64,000 bases of DNA, taken from contig NW_002060956.1 in the NCBI RefSeq assembly GCF_000150275.1, positions 1,827,353 to 1,891,352 on the forward strand, written 5' to 3'. Positions 38,781 through 50,330 of the stretch are shown here, in pieces. The first letter of the stretch is position 1; the number at the start of each line of letters is the position of its first letter. The notes beneath the pieces were generated by a model. That model was not told where the DNA came from. It saw nothing but the letters and a program-made list of their open reading frames with translations, and searched no databases. This stretch comes from Trichoplax adhaerens (Eukaryota; Animalia; Placozoa). The translations under genes were made by a program, and so were the position numbers.

Positions 38781-40235
38781 TATTGTAATGAAATGACAAA
38801 AGTAGAGATCAAGCTATAAAACTTTAATAAACTTTGATTCTACTTTCGTTGCACTCCGGTCGACTTAACGCTAATTCTTTGACACCAAATAAAATTTGGG
38901 GAAATAACCGAACAACAATTTATTACAAAACAAAAATGGAGAGAAGTATAAACCGAAAAACCTTACAAATACTTAGCTTTAAGCATTATTAAAATAAATG
39001 ACAGACTTAAAAACTGTCAACGACCAAGCAACCTTTCAAAAAAGAAGAACGTTTTAACTTACGACAATTCGACCCCGAAGGCCTTTTAAATTCAACAAGT
39101 TCTTCAAATAAAATCTTCTTCTACTCTCCCTCTAAATTTTCTAATTGCACTATCATTTATAGGCTTCGTAGAGCCGTCAGAGGTATTTAAAACTAAACAT
39201 TTGCTAACCAATCGCTCTTAAGATCCGTTTTAGAAAACTAAATTTGCACCATTTAAGAAAACAAAAATCATTCAAAGTTCAGACGCAATTTACCCTACGA
39301 TTCCCTTACAAAACACTATAAAACTAACAAGCTAACTATAAAAATACATCAAACTTCATTTCTAGCTTGATTTCTATCATTAATACACTATAAAAGTATA
39401 AAAATCAACCTTTAAACATCAAGATTTAGTCATAAAAACAACATTCTAACTACCTAACAATCAACACAACCTCTGCCAATTTCCATCTTATTTTCTATTT
39501 TCCTAACTAAATCTCCTAATATGACTTCAAGTCACGTCATAAAATTCCAAAGTTTCAAATTCATAACAAAAAGTCCAAATCTCAAAAATCAATTCTTACG
39601 ATATTATTCATGAACAAAAATCCAAAAATTAAAACAGAAAAATTATAATTCAGATATAAATTAAAAATAAACCCGACCGGTTCCAAAACAGGAAAATTAT
39701 ATCGGACACAAACCCGACCGGTCCCAGAATCCGAAAACTATATCGGACACAAATCCGGAAAAATTCGGTTTTTATAAAGATCACAGTAATCGCTTATCAA
39801 AAAACTTTATATGACTATTACGACTACTTTTCTGACATTAGTATCGCTTAGTATTCGCGAGTATTGACAGTTGATGTTTTAGCGTCAGATTGTACTGTAA
39901 CTGTACGATTATAGACTGCATTACGGTACTTTATCGTCATGTCATAAATCCCCTTTCTCTAAGGATAGGGTTTTGCTACTAAGTCAAATTCCTTTACAAT
40001 TTGAATAGACGATCAAACGCCCTTTCTTTAGATTAGGCATTTGCTCTATAGGGCTACTTCTATAGTAATCTATATAATACCTTGTAAAATAATGAAGAAG
40101 AAAAGATGGCGACATGATGATTTGGCAGGGTAAAACTTAAAGACACCATCACTTTCTAGGTATTTTCTATAGTAAAATAATACTAATTACATACTAAACA
40201 CTACAAAGGACTCTACTTTTTAGTCCTATACTACA
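38781..40235 (-). mobile_element. Family B repeat, longest copy (~1.45 kb), solo-LTR-like, non-coding
   Basis: The reverse complement aligns end to end with 59933-61100 and with 32525-33228. It begins TGTAGTA on the - strand, has a 41-bp tandem duplication at 39669-39750 and contains a CTATAAATG TATA-like box. I found no clear TSD. Confidence 0.85.
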
Positions 40236-40639
40236 TCATGGTAAAATATAAATTATATGCAACAGAATATAAAGAACCCCTAAGATTGTTATTTATTGAT
40301 TATTTTTGTCTTATACTATATGATTTAAGCTTATTCGATTTTCTCAACGTTGCAATATTGTTAGTAACGATAACTTTAATTATCATAAATTATTTATTGG
40401 TCCCAGAATCATGTGCAACGATATTTTAGCAACAACATAAGTTAATTCAGTAGTTAAAAACATGTACTACTTCTTCTATAGAAAAAGTCACTTGATCTAT
40501 AAAGAATCCTACTGTCAAATTTTATCGTCACCGTTATCTTTACCACTTTTATAGCTTCTATTCTTCTGCAAATTTGATAATAATATTCATATATAGGTTA
40601 TCTTTGTGTAGCAGTAATTTCTGTATGTTTATGGTTACT

Positions 40640-41140
40640 AGATATTTGATAATTTCAAATGTAGTCAATCCATAACTAATTTAAAGGAAAAATTATTTTT
40701 AATTATTTTCTTTTTAGTTAGTTCTATACCTTTTAAAAACCAACTCGATTAAAGAGAAGAAAAAGTTCATATGCCGTTAAATTAGATCAAATAATACCAA
40801 TTCACAAGGTTTACGGCTAAAAAGGGATTAATAGTGTCGATATATTATAGATATTCTGTTATCAATCATATATGGCTACATTATTATAAGCCATTTTGTG
40901 CAATTATTATCACTCTACCGTATATCAGCCATTCAGATTATTATAAACATGTTCGTATGTTTATTTAAGAGCTTTGCATTATATGTATATACAGTAATAT
41001 CATAAATGCAATTATACAAGACGCCCATCGAAGTAAACTCGATTCAGTATATTAAAGATCCAGTTATATTCATACTTGTACTAAGATCTAAAGATCACAT
41101 TTTTGGTATCGCTTTTTCGTTCTTACAAGATCATCATAGC
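40640..41140 (+). pseudogene. Relic of a duplicated GPCR 5: upstream region plus first ~10 codons only
   Basis: Collinear with ~43410-43968 (ATATGCC.TTAAATTA.ATCAAATAATACC; GATTCAGTATATTAAAGAT.CAG). It ends in ATC GCT TTT TCG TTC TTA CAA GAT CAT CAT (41108-41137) versus ATG CAT TTC TCG TTC CTA CAA GAT CAT CAC in GPCR 5. Confidence 0.8.
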
Positions 41141-41779
41141 CGTCATACGTCATTTTAGATTTTAGACCCAAATAATGCTATTCTGTTTTCAGTCTCTGCC
41201 ATTGGTTGACTACCGTATATGCATGGTCATTAAATTATTATTGATAACTCATCTTTCCCTTATTGAATAGAGCCCATATATTTGATAGTACGAAAATATG
41301 CATTATCTACAGTCAAAACAGATATTACTGGGATACAAAATTACGAGCAAATAAGAAGCAGTTTTTGTAGTTACGAACAATCTAGATTATACTCGTGTAC
41401 ATATCTTAAAAAAGAAATTAGGGTAAAATTTTGCGAACATTAAATCAAAATCAAGTGAAATAATAAAATACTCTTATTGATTAACAACAATGTTACTGTT
41501 GCTTGCGATATCTGATCTAGACTAGTCCATAACATTCTCACAATGATGTTCCTGAGATAATTAAGGTCTCATTTAACGCATTATTTGAAAGCTATGTACA
41601 AAGTACAATTCTTCTATATTGCTGCATTGTGACTAATTAATGTAAATACGGTATGATAGCTTTGCATCACTATTATTGATCGATACTTATACTCTATGTG
41701 CATCCTCTTCAATTCACTGTTACCACAGTTACTTTGAAGATATCTACATATTAGACATGAGAAAGGTTCAGCTCAGCTT

Positions 41780-42500
41780 TATCATCAACAGTTATTTAGT
41801 AACAATTAGGATGCTTGCATGCCAAATTCATGAATAGAATCCTTTATTTTCACAATATAACTTGATGTGGTAGGATCGCATGCCTTGTTATGCACTATTT
41901 CTAATTATCACGTGCCATCATTGGATATGCTTTTTATTTTCGCTTTAGAAACGAGTATAAGCAGGTTAAGTAATAAAACAACAAAATTGTCATGGCAATA
42001 AAATAATATATATCGGAAATAGGTACACTGCTGACGTTAGCTCTATCGAAATATACAAGTAAATTCAAAGCAGCAATTATCAGGATCTTCTTCGTAGTTA
42101 ATAGTAGGAAATCTAATATATTATTTCTAACGTGCAGTATTACAAATGACAACTTAATATCTATACTGAACATGAACTGTACCCAATAGCATATCCGAAT
42201 ATTAAAATTATTGGTATAAAAGAATAAAATAAAAGAAAACAAAAATGCGTCCTTAAAAAAATCTCGCTTTTAATATATACTATTTAGCGCTACCGCAGGT
42301 ACAAAAACAGTCAATCACTTGTGCACAAGAATCGATCATTGGCGATTCATGGTAAAAAATTCTAACCATTGAAATAACTACGCTAGGTAGTGATATAAAT
42401 ATAATATGGTACTATTTGCTTTAAACTCAGCTAGAAATAAATGACTAATCACAAACTTTATTATTAATAAATTACTTCGTAGAATTGTACTCAAGCATCC
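41780..42500 (-). pseudogene. Decayed opposite-strand GPCR remnant
   Basis: ORF fragments in TM order: IKFVISHLFLAEF (cf. TKFLIRQLALADL, TM2), ICYWVQFMFSIDIKLSFVIL (TM3), LTTKKILIIAALNLL (TM4), IYYFIAMTILLFYYLTCLYSFLKRK (TM5), SILIVTK*LL (TM6-like). Confidence 0.45.
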
Positions 42501-43936
42501 ATGGTCCTTTAATGCCAACTGGAAACTGTATCGGGAAATATGAAATTTCCTTCTTAACAAATGGGCCTATGTATAAACTAATTTATCACATTTCATTAGA
42601 GAATATGGTCTCGAAAATAATTAGTAAAGAAGCAAATATTAAATTCCGGTTGTTATTTGTGTTATACACATAGCAGCAAAGAATAAATATGTATGATAAT
42701 AATACTGATAGTACTTTTTAAAATATTTAGGCGCATTGTTAAAATTTGCAATTAACCCAAGACATTTTGTCGTCAAAATTTTTTGATGATTAGAATTTAT
42801 ATCAATTGAATAGTTTTTGTGGCTAACATGACAAAGACTTCAATCTTAGAAAACAATTGAATATATACAATTTACTAACCTAAAATAAACAATAATATAT
42901 ATCATATTATAATTCTTTTGAAAGGCTATTATACCGCTTGCACTTTATATAATATAGCAGTAAGTAAAGCAAAGTATTGATACTAGATCTTATATTGAGT
43001 TTTATAGTTGCTACAGTAATGCAAATAAGAATTCGTAAAATTTACACTATGTCGTAGTAAAAGACTTATATACAGCAGGAATGCAAAGAATATGTAAAGT
43101 AGTTCTTTATTATTTTTGCAACTTATGCTAGGTAAAGGTACTGTATCAATTGCTATTCCATTGCTAAAAAGATCTTCTTAATGTTGTAATATAACTATCA
43201 ATTTATAACGTTAATTAAATATCACAAATTATTTATTGGCGATAGTATCATGGAAATAAAATTTAATAGCAAAGAAATTAAGTCAGAAATTAATGACATA
43301 TACTTTCTTTCTTTTATCGAGTGAAATTTTGGTCTATATTAGTTTCTTGGTGACGAATCCTATCCTCTCTATTGCATTCACAACTTTCATAACTTCTTTT
43401 CTTCGGTAAATTTGATAATTAATGGTTACAGATCGCCAGTGTGTAACTGCAATTTAATTTAAAGTAACTAAATGTTTATTGACTTCAATTTTAGGAAATT
43501 AATAACCAATTCAATAAAGGAGATCATTATTATTTAAGTATTTTTCTTACAGGACGTATATTACTTGAACAAACGACTTGGTCATAGAAAGAAGAAGCTT
43601 ATATGCCATTAAATTATATCAAATAATACCGATTTGTATGGCTTATATCTGAAAAAAATCTAAAGAATCAATACATCATAGATATTTAGCAGTTAATTAT
43701 CTGGTCAATAAATTATTATAGGCTATTTTTAAAATAATCATTATAAATCTAATTGAATCATCATAATATTTATAAACCCATTTATACTTTAAGTGTATTA
43801 GAACATCCTTTATTGCTTATATGATATCATAAGTACAGCTATAAAAAGCGCCATCGAAATGAACCTGATTCAGTATATTAAAGATTCAGCTACATTCATA
43901 TTAATACTAGACATCTAGCAGTCCACATATTTAATC

Positions 43937-44995
43937 ATGCATTTCTCGTTCCTACAAGATCATCACGCAGCTCGAATCTTTGCTTGGTCTATTGGCATAT
44001 TCGGTGTTTTAAGCAATCTTGCAATTTTATGGCGTAACAATAAATATAAATTCGTTAAAACTTTTAATAGCAATCCATTGGATAATCGCCGTAATCAACC
44101 TGCAAAGAAAGTGTCTACGATTATTAATTATTTAATCTGTCACTTGGCAACTGCTGATCTCCTAGGCGCCTCTTATCTAATTATTATTGCTTCTGCTGAT
44201 CTTTACTATGGCTATCATCATCCAAATATGTTTCAAAATCCTAGTCCTGGAAATAGTACGAATCTCTGGCTTCTTAGTCCTTTTTGTCATCTTAGTCGTT
44301 TCTTAATTTTCTGTACTTCTATAGTATCTATTCTGATAACATTTGTGATTGCAATAGATCGATTTATTACTGTTATTTTCCTCCGTTATAGATTACGATT
44401 AAATATCTTTCGTTGTCAAATGATCCTTTTAGCATGTTGGCTTTTCAGTATAGGCTATGCTCTCATTCCAACTATTCGTAATATTATTGTTATGCACCCG
44501 GTATCGAAGTATCGATTTGATATGGTTTCGAATCTTTGCCTATATCTCGATGTAGTACCTTATTACTCCGAAGCTTACATCCTATCCAGGCAAATTATTT
44601 ACTTTACGTTAATCGGACTGATTGCAATGATGTATCTATCAATTATAATTTATATCAAAGCCAGAGGACGCAATTTAGGATCTCGAATGAACAGAGTTGA
44701 AAAAAGGATATTTCTTATTATGATCATTATAACTATCTCCAATATTTGCAGTCTCCTACCTTCATTCCTTGTGTTTGCGCTAGCCCGAGATAAATCTTCC
44801 TTGATCACTATTCAATCTGTTCAGCGCACTTTCACCGTATTCATAGTTGCTGTATTCGCAAATACTGCAATCAATCCATTTGTATATTTTATATTAACTA
44901 CTTCAATTGAAAATAGAGCCCCTTTCTTGAGGTTTAGTACTAAAAAAAATAAGGTAAGACCAGTAAATAAACCCGAAAATTTCAAGCCAAAATGA
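43937..44995 (+). CDS. Class A GPCR 5, intronless, LGR-like 7TM core, 352 aa
   Basis: HLATADLLGASYLIIIASAD, WLLSPFC, IAIDRF, ISNICSLLP, NPFVY. TATAAAAA at 43840-43847. Confidence 0.93.
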   Translation: MHFSFLQDHHAARIFAWSIGIFGVLSNLAILWRNNKYKFVKTFNSNPLDNRRNQPAKKVSTIINYLICHLATADLLGASYLIIIASADLYYGYHHPNMFQNPSPGNSTNLWLLSPFCHLSRFLIFCTSIVSILITFVIAIDRFITVIFLRYRLRLNIFRCQMILLACWLFSIGYALIPTIRNIIVMHPVSKYRFDMVSNLCLYLDVVPYYSEAYILSRQIIYFTLIGLIAMMYLSIIIYIKARGRNLGSRMNRVEKRIFLIMIIITISNICSLLPSFLVFALARDKSSLITIQSVQRTFTVFIVAVFANTAINPFVYFILTTSIENRAPFLRFSTKKNKVRPVNKPENFKPK

Positions 44996-45719
44996 AATAT
45001 TTCAGATATGTGCCATCGTTTCTTGATCTACACCAAGTTCTATATTAATATACAATATGTTAATTTATAACTTGCATGGAATTTTACAGATGATTTACAA
45101 TGCTATGCAATCTTTGGAGCAACTACGAATAAACAGCTATCATATTTCTGTATGCAGGATTGTTAGTGTAAACTGTATTTATCTACGTTCTTGTTTCACT
45201 AACATTTTTTAGTACTTAAGACTATATCTCGTAGTGTATAGATATTAAACTATAAATGAAACAGCCCAGCATTAAGAGACTTTGAAATACGTTGCTAAGA
45301 ATTATAGAATGTACTAAGTAATCATTATTGATTTAATAATTGGGTTTCATGGTTGTTGCTATGTTTTCTTGATATTATCTTTAAGCAATTATTCCAATAG
45401 CATAGTATCATAAGTTTTCTGCTATTATTTATTATCATTCTAAGATAATTTCCAATAGTATACAGTATCAATGAGTTCGCAAGTATATATCAAAATGCTA
45501 ATCTGTAATTACTTATAATTGTCAAGGGTGTAAGGAAGTTGACTTAATTATTCAAGTTGGTCCCTGATATACGTATTGTGTCTTATATTACCAATAAACT
45601 TTACGGAGACTTCAAATTCATAAATATTAACAATCAACTGTATAGAATATTATTTTAATACTTTGCAACTTAAAAATTGTTCTTTCAGAAATATTTAATA
45701 GTTTTGTCATTAGCGCCGT

Positions 45720-46600
45720 CGAATTTTTTGCTGAACATCCAATGGTCCACATCTCCTTATATTCACCAATCTCAAGTAGAACTTTCTAGAGAATTTTTAT
45801 TAGAAGTCCCTGCTTCAGTCATACTCTAAAGGGACTATTATAATTGCAATAGTCAGAGATTAAAATATTGTTCTGGCATAAATTTTAACCTAGTTACTGA
45901 TAAATGGCCATTGATAAGTTAATACTGTAGTCATACTGCCTATAATTATAAGCTGTTGCATCTCCAAAATACTGATTCTACGCTGATCAAATACATGTTA
46001 TTTTAAAGCTCCTAAGGTTATTGAAGAATTTATTATAAGCAGCTTAAGCCATCTTAGAATTTCAGAGCTTTAATATACTAGTATTATTCTAAATTGAAAG
46101 CAATTAAACACGTTTCGTAAAAAGCGGCATACATTAAAAGAATTTAGAATAAGATCTTAGAACATTAACTCATTTCTCGTCCCAGTCAGGCAATAATTTA
46201 GTTATAATAGAATTGAAAGCAGCTGGTTTTAAAATGATACACCTGTTTTGGCCTACTTAGCAAATTTACTATGCCACTGATTGGAATTTCCTGTCGTAGT
46301 AATAAACAAAATTTTTATGATATTACTCCGAATGAAACGGTGTACATGTTTTATCTGATTAATTAAGTATATTATAGTTTATCATCGATATCGAAGGTAG
46401 CTTATATTACAATTTACAAGCGGTCCGTAATGTTTGACATATATGGATAATCTCATCCGTAAATCACTAACATTAATTGCAGAAATTACTCAGTCTTTGG
46501 AATATTGGTGTTGCAGTAAACCTGAATTAAAATTAATGCCAAAGCCAGTTACTTTCATCAACATATCGGATATAATTAAGGTCTCTTTTAAATCCAAATA
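45720..46600 (+). pseudogene. Possible very old GPCR 1-like remnant
   Basis: EFFAEHPMVHI (cf. NLFQHPAII). CATACTGCCTATAATTATAAGCTGTTGCA at ~45932 resembles GPCR 1 TM2 CCTACCTGCTTATCATTGCTGTTGCA. KPELKLMPKPVTFINISDII resembles KPQVILAKTMALITVCNLF. Confidence 0.35.
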
Positions 46601-48669
46601 CAGTCTTCTATTTATATTATCTATCATTTCTTATCTTCCTACTTCACAATCACTACACATCCAAATGAATAAATAACAAAGTACTCTAATGTACTTCTAG
46701 ATAATAATGCTATTCAAAGTACAAACTCAGGTTGTAACATAAAATAATTAAAAGAAAATATTTTCATAAATTACATCATGGTCGGCAGATTTGGCTAATT
46801 AATAATCTATTAATGTTTAAATTGGTAAAGTAAATATTCAATTATGTATACAGTACACAATAACCAACGAAATATCTAATCGGTCAAGAAAAAAATATTC
46901 TATTACTGTTCCTATAAAAATTTCTTCATTGATCAACTATCCATCCTAATCATTAAAAAAATTAACTTGACGGCTTTGAGCCCCAATATATGGAAAAAGC
47001 AATTTCATAAAGGTTTGCTTATAAGCGATTAATGAAGTGTGATATAGCGTACATTAGGTGGCTAACGCCAAATGCATAGTAAGAGAGTTTAAAATGGTAT
47101 TACGTTCTCATCAGATTTCTTTTTGAGTTCTTTTCTTGACTACTTCAAATATTTATAAATGTCTAAGTATTAACTTTGTTAACTCTACAGTATTCAATCG
47201 GAAACAACATTTTTTCCTTAACATTACAACATAAATCGTTTGTTTTGCAAAAAATGTTTTTAATTTTAAGAATGTTATTAAAATTTCTCAACTTTTGTAT
47301 GAATTAAAATCACCAATTTCTTTCTTCTCTCTTAGTATCACTGGGATAGCAACCGAATAGCCATTTCCTTTCGAAGTATCATTATTCTGTATGCATTTTA
47401 CCATTGCCATTATTAAATGATTACTAGATACTGTAGAATGGATAACAGGACCGTGTCTCGAATCTATAATAGTCTTCATGAATAGGTCTGTGAACTAAAT
47501 TAATGGAAAAATGTTGCATAATCAATTGAATTATACATTTGCAAGAATTGAATTTTTAGCCCTCAAGATTTGCAATGCGTTACTTCAAATTTTAGTTATT
47601 AAATTAAATAGATCAAATTTCTAAAGTATCGTAACTGGCTATTCTATATCACATAGTGTTATAATTAAAGCACTTAATAACGGTAATAAATAAAATTCAT
47701 TTAAGAATTAAACGAAGTGAGGATGAATGAGAAATATTATAGCAGCTAGCTCAATTTAAAAAAGTAAAGGTAGCGCAGAAAAACAAATAATAATCTTTAT
47801 TAACACTATCACCACAGTTAAAGCCTCAAGTTAGGCAAAGTTTTCATCTATTTGTAGTTATTTTTGTATATCGCTAACCCTCTTTCACAAATACATCAAA
47901 TATCTATTTATTATATAATTTAAAAAAAAATTTAAATTACTGCCAAAGTAATCGTTTATTAATTGTTACTAAATACTAAAAATTTTTGTTTATGGGTATT
48001 GAATAATTCAGCCACACCGTAGGCATATTTGAATGCATTGTTCATACAATGAAATAAATTCTAAATTTTTCTTCGATCAATGCCAAGCAAAACGAATTCG
48101 GTCAGTTGAAATATTTAGAAATTTTTATTCGTCCGTAAAATATCATACTTTAAGGAATTATCGGCGATAATTGAAAGAACTAGGTAAAATGTGATAGCGG
48201 TACAATCGAGTATTGGACAATGTCAACTATCCAACTGGTCCTCTATTGCGGCTCTTGTATAATATAAAGCAATGCTATAACTGATTAAAAATTAATAAAT
48301 ACTTAGATCAGAAAATAATTACCTTTACTAAATATTTTTCTCAGTTTTTCTATTACTCATTATTATTTATAACCTTTAGACCTTACGTAAGCTGAAGACT
48401 TCCACATATTCGCCTAGTCTAATTCTCCTTACAAGCAACACCTCCATTTAGAGAAAATATACTCATTTTCATATTATTTTACCAATATAACAGTTTGAAA
48501 CAAGGCAATCTTGCAACATGGAAATCTTTATTAAGCGAGAATAATAGACTAACAGACTTAAATATAATTTAAAGTAATTCAAGACTAAAAATATATACCA
48601 ATCAAATATTAGTAAGATTCCTATTTATTAGCCCAAAAATGCCTCTTCTACAATATTCAAACTTGATCT

Positions 48670-50330
48670 ATGAACCGTATGAAAGTTAGCCACTAGATGG
48701 TTTATCAGATACCAATAAATAAGTCATCAAAAAAGCAGCGCTTAATCAGGGTTGAAGTATTTAAAGCCACATAATACTGAACAGTGAAGAGTATAGTCAT
48801 AGCAGTAAACTTGCTCTAATTTGATGTGATTGTTAGCATCAATAACAGTTATTTATTAATGTCTAGAACCTTCGCTTTTTCTTTGATTTCTTAACATCTT
48901 GGGCATGATCAAGTTAAATTAACACGTAATAAGTTTATTTTAAACTTATATCAGCATACATCCATAATTTTAGGACTAATTGGATTTATAGCCAGTGGTG
49001 GTCTACTCCTAACTGCTACAAAACGTTCTTATACGAATAGTAATGATGCTATTCTTAGCCGCCCTAAACGCAGACGAGTACATCCAACGGTTCGAATACT
49101 AGTAATCAATTTAATGATCGTCGATTTTTTGGCGCAGTTTATCTTACCATTATTGCTATTGCTACTGTTTACTATGTTCATCCTCCCATCGGAGGGAAAC
49201 AGTCTCTACTAGATGGAGATGTCAACTGCAGTAATAGTCCATTTGTCATTTTGTGGGCAATTAATCCATTTCGTAGCCTTGCTAGATTCCTGTAGCATCC
49301 CTCGATGACTATGTCAATTTTATTAACACTTTTAATAGCAATTGAACGGTATTTGGTATTAATTCGATCGCTTCGGTCAACTACAGCAAATATTAGCGGT
49401 TTTAATATCATTTTGGTATTATGTTGGCTATTTTGCATCGCTAGAGCGCTCTATTCTACGATACGAGCTCTATTAATTTCACATCTGGTAAAAAATCAGA
49501 CACGAATCAATTTAATGTTATGCTTACTGGCAGATACTGATATTTGAAATACAATATTTAAATATACTTAATTTAAGTATATTTTATGTTGGCTTCATCC
49601 TGACCGTTATTATTCATACAGCATTACTGATCCAGCTACACCAAATTAAAGGCTTAGTTTAATATAATCAAGTAAAGTCGGGAATACCCTTAGCTAAGAC
49701 ACTCATTTATATAACTCTAAGCAATTTTATATCCATGATTCCAATTACTGTCATCATTATGTGCCACACGTTAGCGTTACCTATTATTAGGAGTCCAACT
49801 TTTATGCACACCAGCCCAATTTGTGTCGTATTCTTGTATATTAGTGTCACGGTACGAACTACCGTGAAGAAATAGCTATCTAAATTTGGTGAATATAATA
49901 TAGTGATAATATATTGCAACTAGTTACTTACAATAGGAATTACTCTAATTGTAAATGTGTTACAGTAAATTTAATGCGGTGCTGTAATGTGCACTGAAAT
50001 GATTCTGTGAAAGGACATGCTGTAGTCCGACTGTGAAAAATTAGTTAGGAGATGTTCTCACGTAAGTATTTCTATAAGATGACTCATGAATGTTAGCTGC
50101 TGTAGAAGGGTATATAAGCCCGTCAGATAGTTAAATAAAGTAGTTCTCAATTGTCTAGTTGAGTTTAACGTAGAATCAAAGGCGTCTAAATTCTTGTGAA
50201 TAGGGATACTGAATCCGCAGATTTTAAGAGATTTAGAGATTTATTTTATGTTATCCTTGTCACGAAGCTGGTTTGTGACAATTAGCTCAATAGGTAATCC
50301 TCTAATCTATTTGAAGCCAACAAATTAAAC
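48670..50330 (+). pseudogene. GPCR pseudogene, paralogue of GPCR 1, with frameshifts, stops and an LTR-like insertion in TM7
   Basis: LNLYQHTSIILGLIGFIAS, VINLMIVDFL/frameshift/GAVYLTIIAIA, WAINPFRSLARFL*, MTMSILLTLLIAIERY, VKNQTRINLMLCLLADTDI*, then ICVVFLYI[insert]SSIGNPLIY. Confidence 0.9.
49845..50280 (+). mobile_element. Family A solo-LTR-like element (436 bp) inserted in pseudogene TM7
   Basis: TGTCAC...GTGACA terminal inverted hexamers and a perfect 5-bp TSD ATTAG (49840-49844, 50281-50285). Internal TGACTCA at 50080, TATATAA at 50111 and AATAAA at 50134 are in U3-R-U5 order. Confidence 0.9.
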
